Virus record (IMG/VR): IMGVR_UViG_651053001_000005
Span: 1-64,000 of that record
Direction: 5' to 3' (one strand)
DNA: 64,000 nt
From: an uncultured virus (IMG/VR IMGVR_UViG_651053001_000005)
Lineage: Duplodnaviria > Heunggongvirae > Uroviricota > Caudoviricetes
Both the position numbers and the translations under genes were made by a program. Under the pieces are notes generated by a model. The model was given only the letters and a program-made list of their open reading frames with translations. It was not told the DNA's origin and searched no databases. Positions 59,537-64,000 of the stretch are shown in pieces (within the stretch, counting starts at the first letter, position 1; every line of letters starts with the position of its first letter).

Positions 59537-60595
59537 TCACTTGTTCAAAAACATTTTAAGTTTATTCTGTATATACATGTCTGATTTTAAAAAGAATTCT
59601 TTATATTGCTCTAAGGTAACTTCATCTAAAAAGGACATATCTTCTTTTTGATCAACCAAAACCCCTGGATCTTGAGAATAATCCCTTTCATTGTTTAAAT
59701 AATGATCATTCAAAACATTGATATTGCTGTGACCAGAGAAAGCTGCCACTTTTTTAATATCACCATTAACGCTGTAAGAAAAGTTTGTTGCAGTATTGCG
59801 TAAACTATGCGGAGTTATCTTTCTTTCTTTGGGAATACCCATAACTCTACATACGCGATTCCACATATCCTGTATTGAATCAACTGTTAACTTATGAAAT
59901 AACAGTTCATGTTCCCCATACTCTTGCTTTAACAGCAACAACTCTTCATAAAAAGCTGTGGAAATTCCAACTGGCCTAGCCTTTTTTTGCTTAGTTTTTT
60001 TAAAGTTGACGAGATAACATTGGTGCTTTTCTGAATAAGTAATATCATCCCACCCAACTCTAAGCACCTCTGATTTACGCCCTCCAGTGCGTGCACTAAA
60101 CAAAATAAACATCTTTTTCATTAATCTGTTCTGACGCTCAGTAGCATACGCTACCTCAGCAAATTCATCAGCTTCAGATATTCCTTCAAAAGAACCTGCT
60201 GGGTTCTTTTCTGTTGGAAGAGGCCTAAAATTAAATACAGATGCATCACACTCATGTTCAGATTCAAGGTACTTAATCATACTTTTCAGTGCTGCAATCT
60301 TATTGTTAATTGTTGAATTGGAGTTGCTTTTATTTTTAGCCAAATGGGTTCGATAATCATACAGGTCGCTTTTCTTGATCGCCAGGTCACTCTCAGTTAA
60401 ATATTCAATATCCTTGGCAGCATAATGGTTGAAAAACTCTCTTATATGCCTTTCATACGTGGCTCTAGTATTAGACTTTTCAATTTCTCCAGTTTCTCGA
60501 TCCCTGTTTCTTAAATCTAATTCATCAAACCACCTATTTATGTTATTGTATATTGAATAATCCCTTAGTGTTGACGCTTTCTTTTGAGCTCCCAT
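59537..60595 (-). CDS. yopP: tyrosine recombinase-family protein (SroD)
   Basis: TGGRKSE, KTK, HSLR, SGH, HY: complete catalytic set. Confidence 0.85.
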   Translation of the reverse strand: MGAQKKASTLRDYSIYNNINRWFDELDLRNRDRETGEIEKSNTRATYERHIREFFNHYAAKDIEYLTESDLAIKKSDLYDYRTHLAKNKSNSNSTINNKIAALKSMIKYLESEHECDASVFNFRPLPTEKNPAGSFEGISEADEFAEVAYATERQNRLMKKMFILFSARTGGRKSEVLRVGWDDITYSEKHQCYLVNFKKTKQKKARPVGISTAFYEELLLLKQEYGEHELLFHKLTVDSIQDMWNRVCRVMGIPKERKITPHSLRNTATNFSYSVNGDIKKVAAFSGHSNINVLNDHYLNNERDYSQDPGVLVDQKEDMSFLDEVTLEQYKEFFLKSDMYIQNKLKMFLNK

Positions 60596-60604
60596 AATGA
60601 CACC

Positions 60605-60769
60605 TCATATCATTTTTTTCATTAAGTATTGATCAAATTCTTGCCATGCAACAATCCATTCATTTTCACCTTGAATATTACTCAGTAGCATTATATTGGC
60701 GTTACAGATTTCCATTTGCTTTAGCATGTCGTATTCTTTAAGAGCGTTAATTAAGATGTCTGTATTCAT
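60605..60769 (-). CDS. 54-aa protein at the yopO/sroC position
   Basis: Hand-translated MNTDILINALKEYDML...KKMI. Confidence 0.65.
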   Translation of the reverse strand: MNTDILINALKEYDMLKQMEICNANIMLLSNIQGENEWIVAWQEFDQYLMKKMI

Positions 60770-60807
60770 TTTATCACACCTAATTTATTTTTATTCTATA
60801 ATAAAAT

Positions 60808-61038
60808 TTAGTTTAGGACATTTACCCTTTCGTCCTTACAGACGTTTATAATTGGCATCCCCGTTAATTCCTCATAAAGCTCCTCTTCGAATCCAACCCA
60901 TTCATCACTTGTCGCTTCTCTTCGTAGGAACTCATTATAAGCTACTGCTATCTCAGGCTGCTCTAAAAACTTTAAAACGATCATATGCTTTTTCCAAACT
61001 TTAGCCTTGTTTTCTTCTGTATAATATTTATTATTCAT
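60808..61038 (-). CDS. yopN: phi3T_93/SroB-like MazE- and AimX-binding protein
   Basis: MNNKYYTEENKAKVWKKHMIVLKFLEQP recalled; synteny. Confidence 0.7.
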   Translation of the reverse strand: MNNKYYTEENKAKVWKKHMIVLKFLEQPEIAVAYNEFLRREATSDEWVGFEEELYEELTGMPIINVCKDERVNVLN

Positions 61039-61052
61039 TTTATTTTTACTCC

Positions 61053-61265
61053 TTAAATACATTTTATTGAATTCTTTTGTTCTTTAATGAGGTTATATTC
61101 TTTATGATTTTTTCTCATTGTAGTTACATTATTAGGTGTAAACACATCTGGATCCTCTAGGTGGAGATTGACTCGTGTGAAGTTCTTTAGTTGTTTTATG
61201 TATTGATATTGTCTTAATGATGTAATCTTCAACTCTTCCTTTTGAGTGGCACTTGTTGTTTCCAT
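61053..61265 (-). CDS. first gene of the sro operon (yopM/sroA position)
   Basis: GGGAG RBS, METTSA start. Confidence 0.65.
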   Translation of the reverse strand: METTSATQKEELKITSLRQYQYIKQLKNFTRVNLHLEDPDVFTPNNVTTMRKNHKEYNLIKEQKNSIKCI

Positions 61266-61301
61266 TGTTTCATCTCCCAACAACGTTCATCTTGTAACTT
61301 C

Positions 61302-61352
61302 ATTATATATGTTCCCACAATAATATGCAATAATTATTTTATTTTTACTCAC
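61302..61352 (-). promoter_or_regulatory. sro operon promoter with SPBRE-like element
   Basis: TTGCAT-N17-TATAAT preceded by GAGTAAAAATAAAATA. Confidence 0.8.
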
Positions 61353-61413
61353 GACAAATAACACATGCCCTTTGTATGTGTTAAAATGTCTGCTAGTTTG
61401 TCTTTAATCCTCA

Positions 61414-61569
61414 TTAGGATACCTTTGCTTTATATTTTGATCTAATCATTTCTGCTTCATTTTCAAGATGATTGTCTTCCTGGGAAATTACAAGATTAAT
61501 AGCTGCCATTTCTTCGTAACCTTTGGCCATATCCTCATAAGAAAGTGATTGTCCGAAATGCTTTTTCAT
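61414..61569 (-). CDS. aimX: AimX, 51-aa MazE mimic promoting lysis
   Basis: MKKHFGQSLSYEDMAKGYEEMAAINLVISQEDNHLENEAEMIRSKYKAKVS; GGAGG RBS. Confidence 0.9.
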   Translation of the reverse strand: MKKHFGQSLSYEDMAKGYEEMAAINLVISQEDNHLENEAEMIRSKYKAKVS

Positions 61570-61581
61570 TTTAATTCCTCC

Positions 61582-61618
61582 ATGTTCTTGTTTTTTATAT
61601 TATGAATTTCTGGAACAT
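61582..61618. promoter_or_regulatory. AimR operator
   Basis: Perfect ATGTTC-N25-GAACAT inverted repeat between the aimP terminator and the aimX RBS. Confidence 0.85.
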
Positions 61619-61631
61619 TCTCTTAAAATTA

Positions 61632-61664
61632 GAAAAGACGCCTGATCCACTGGATCAAACGTCT
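61632..61664 (-). terminator. aimP terminator
   Basis: AGACGUUUGAUCC-agu-GGAUCAGGCGUCU-UUU. Confidence 0.85.
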
Positions 61665-61696
61665 AACCATTGATTATGTAGTATCCTGTTGTATTA

Positions 61697-61828
61697 TTAA
61701 GCTCCCCGAATTGCACTTGCTACAGAGATCTCATCAGAAGCTGATGCCGTATTAACTGAATGTTGACCTGCAATGAATGAAATTGCTAATGCTGCTAAAA
61801 TGGCTGTACCGAAAATAATTTTCTTCAT
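61697..61828 (-). CDS. aimP: arbitrium pre-pro-peptide, mature SAIRGA
   Basis: MKKIIFGTAILAALAISFIAGQHSVNTASASDEISVASAIRGA; AAGGAGGTGA RBS. Confidence 0.97.
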   Translation of the reverse strand: MKKIIFGTAILAALAISFIAGQHSVNTASASDEISVASAIRGA

Positions 61829-61857
61829 TAAATTCACCTCCTTTCAAGTGCTAAATT

Positions 61858-62997
61858 CTAAATTAAATTTAGTAGCTCCGGATCACAGCCTAATTTTTCG
61901 AGTTCTATTATAGTCAATTGGATAAAATATTTATCATCTGATTTTTTGAAATATGTTATTGATTTATAAAAATCAGATTTTTGTTTTGATATCAAACCTT
62001 TATAATAAAAATAAAATCCTAATTCATTTTCATCTTGATCCCTATTTGATAAGCTTTCCAATAATTCGTTAGCCTTGTCGAGATTATTATTTTTTATGTA
62101 ATAAAAAGCCCTAAGCTGCTGATATTTGATATCATCTGATTCATAGTTAACCCATGGATTTTCCTTGTTCCATACGTTAGCTAGGAAGCAAAGAGCGCCG
62201 TTTAGCATTTCTTTATGGGTATCATTAAGAACATACTTCTTTGCCTCAATATACGCCAGCATAGCTTCTTCATAGTTTTCGAAAATTAGGGTATTTCCTA
62301 TAGTCAGATGCGCAAAAAAACATATTCGGTTCACATTGGACTGCATTATTGCAATATTTGAATGTTTCCTCGCTTCGATTAAATTGTTTTCATTTAAGCT
62401 TATATTCGCTTGTAACATTGACACTCTACTTTTGTACGAATCTTTTATAAATCCTTCTGGCAAGCTGCTAAAATCTAAAAGTGTTAAGGTGCTTTTCATC
62501 AATCCAAACTCACCAATATTCAAGTATTTATACATCAGCATTGCATCTGAGAAAAATGACATTTCTGGGGCTTTGCATCTTCCGCACTCTCTTATTGCTT
62601 CTGGTATTGAGATTTCGTTTTTATAAAGCTTTCTATGTATGCTGTAGATGTTGCCCCATTCTTGACTTGTGGTGTTTTTTGAGTTGCTTAAATTTAAAAT
62701 AATCTTGTCTGTTAACGTATCCCATTGATTAATATCTGAGTATTCAACAGACTGTCTTGCGCTTTTTTTATTGGGATCCAGTGATAAGAAGTAATCACTT
62801 AGAAGCTGCTCTTCATTATCAGGAAACAAGCTTTTAACAATATTAATTAAACCGCCTAAGTTGTCCATTTCTTTCTCTGGGGTGTTGATGAATTTGTAAA
62901 AACCATTAACCTTTTCGTACCCTGCTATTTTTGAGAGTTTCGCTGCGAGCTGGTTGTCTTTTTCACATTCATTCTTAATCATCTGCTTAAGATTCAT
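61858..62997 (-). CDS. aimR: arbitrium receptor (HTH-TPR, RRNPP family)
   Basis: phi3T-AimR-like sequence (IKNECEKDNQLAA...GYEKVNGFYKF); upstream of aimP. Confidence 0.95.
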   Translation of the reverse strand: MNLKQMIKNECEKDNQLAAKLSKIAGYEKVNGFYKFINTPEKEMDNLGGLINIVKSLFPDNEEQLLSDYFLSLDPNKKSARQSVEYSDINQWDTLTDKIILNLSNSKNTTSQEWGNIYSIHRKLYKNEISIPEAIRECGRCKAPEMSFFSDAMLMYKYLNIGEFGLMKSTLTLLDFSSLPEGFIKDSYKSRVSMLQANISLNENNLIEARKHSNIAIMQSNVNRICFFAHLTIGNTLIFENYEEAMLAYIEAKKYVLNDTHKEMLNGALCFLANVWNKENPWVNYESDDIKYQQLRAFYYIKNNNLDKANELLESLSNRDQDENELGFYFYYKGLISKQKSDFYKSITYFKKSDDKYFIQLTIIELEKLGCDPELLNLI

Positions 62998-63038
62998 TGG
63001 TTACTCCACCCCTTCCCAACTAATGTTCTCTTGTTTAT

Positions 63039-63092
63039 AATATACATTAGAGTTGTCAGAATTACAAGTATTTATTTTATTTTTATTCTAAT
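63039..63092 (-). promoter_or_regulatory. aimR promoter with SPBRE-like element
   Basis: TTGTAA-N17-TATATT preceded by AGAATAAAAATAAAATA. Confidence 0.75.
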
Positions 63093-63137
63093 TATTTTTT
63101 AAGGAATACTTATCTGTTTGAAATTCGTATTTTATTT

Positions 63138-63159
63138 AAAAAAAAGGGGGATCGCCCCC
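63138..63159 (-). terminator. intrinsic terminator
   Basis: GGGGG-cgat-CCCCC followed by a T run. Confidence 0.8.
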
Positions 63160-63164
63160 GACTT

Positions 63165-64000
63165 TTATTTGTCCAGAATAATTTTTGCTTGTGAAAATTT
63201 TCGGTTTAAATTCCTGTTTTCTTTCATACTATTTAAAATGATTTCTTCATCCAATCCTATCTTTTTCAGGATTAAAAATGTTAATAGTCCATTCATTCTT
63301 AAGGAGGCGTAATATTTCTCAACTGCTCGATGGAAAACCTTAGTTTTGTTTGTTAGATCATAGTGAGTAAGATAGTTTCTAGTCTCAACAAGTCCAAAAA
63401 TAAAACTGTCCCTTTTTTTATTATTACCCGAAAGGAAGTTTTTTGTATCTGTTGATTGTTGATTAAATAACTCCTTTAGTCGCTTCATAAGATTAACTTC
63501 ATTAATATGCTTTAACTTATTTAAGAAAAATTGCTTATGGTCAACTGAAACATTAGAATTAATAAACTCTCTTACTTTTTCAGTTTCAAATGTTAGTTCT
63601 TGGTTAAATTCTAAGCTGGAGCAATATCTTCTGTGAAATATCTCTAAACACTGAATATTTTTAATGAATTTGGTTTCCACGAACTCTTTCTGATCTTTAC
63701 TGTTCATAAATAAACTAACTATTGTACTCAGCTTTTCTCTTTCTTGAAACCAGTTATTTAACAAAGTTTCATAATTGTGTCTTACCTTATTATAATCAAA
63801 CAAGAAATTTGTATTCTTCTGTTTAAGGGCTTCTCTGTGATGTTGAAAGTATTTATATTTCAATTGTTTTTTATCTTCTGTCACGTTTAATGTGATATTT
63901 ATATCGTAGTTAATGTTGTTCATTAGAATGTTTATAAGTCTAACCTGATGATTTACATTCTCATGAAACCATTTCAAATCTTTCCTTTCTGATGGGATTA
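63165..64000 (-). CDS. ApeA-like HEPN-domain protein (5'-partial)
   Basis: Q.LE.FHR, L..RLKEL, RNYLTH (RxxxxH) motifs; frame runs off the window. Confidence 0.7.
   Translation of the reverse strand, partial: IPSERKDLKWFHENVNHQVRLINILMNNINYDINITLNVTEDKKQLKYKYFQHHREALKQKNTNFLFDYNKVRHNYETLLNNWFQEREKLSTIVSLFMNSKDQKEFVETKFIKNIQCLEIFHRRYCSSLEFNQELTFETEKVREFINSNVSVDHKQFFLNKLKHINEVNLMKRLKELFNQQSTDTKNFLSGNNKKRDSFIFGLVETRNYLTHYDLTNKTKVFHRAVEKYYASLRMNGLLTFLILKKIGLDEEIILNSMKENRNLNRKFSQAKIILDK

Larger units (their letters stand above)
1..64000. mobile_element. SPbeta/phi3T-like temperate Bacillus (pro)phage, early and replication region
   Basis: Gene order yot-yos-yor-yoq-yop, arbitrium locus, multispecific MTase, intron-containing nrdE, thyA; nearly all genes co-oriented on the minus strand. 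Confidence 0.97.

Noticed and set aside
63016..63029. Possible LexA box before aimR (AGAAC-ATTA-GTTGG)
   Set aside because: Mismatch in the core GTTC half-site; too weak to call.
1253..63092. Dispersed repeats as a CRISPR array
   Set aside because: Not regularly spaced, short and AT-only; no cas genes.
1..64000. tRNA/rRNA genes, IS transposases, attachment sites
   Set aside because: None recognisable by eye in this window; a tRNAscan/ISEScan run would be needed to exclude them formally.

Overview
The whole window is the early/replication arm of an SPbeta/phi3T-family Bacillus temperate phage, transcribed almost entirely on the minus strand. From right to left it holds: a partial ApeA-like HEPN gene; an arbitrium locus (aimR, aimP with mature peptide SAIRGA, AimR operator, aimX); the yopM-yopR (sro) repression operon; an array of small accessory genes; SRAP/ligase; a poly-gamma-glutamate hydrolase; the replisome (SSB-like, AAA, DnaB, primase, RecJ, DnaE); two DNA methyltransferases; nrdI-nrdE-nrdF (nrdE split by three group I introns); dUTPase, thyA, dfr, sspC, a RecU-like gene, and a candidate recombination directionality factor. 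The strongest unannotated signals are: (i) three mini-ORFs with good Shine-Dalgarno sites that encode already-mature arbitrium-like peptides with no signal peptide (M-SIGHGA, M-GVRVGG, M-SINSIGG); (ii) about 22 copies of a WTAAAA-N6-TTTTAT palindrome at gene junctions, resembling cassette recombination sites; (iii) recurrent ATT/ATA start codons, including nrdF. Gene names come from recall of SPbeta/phi3T proteins and synteny, not from database searches.
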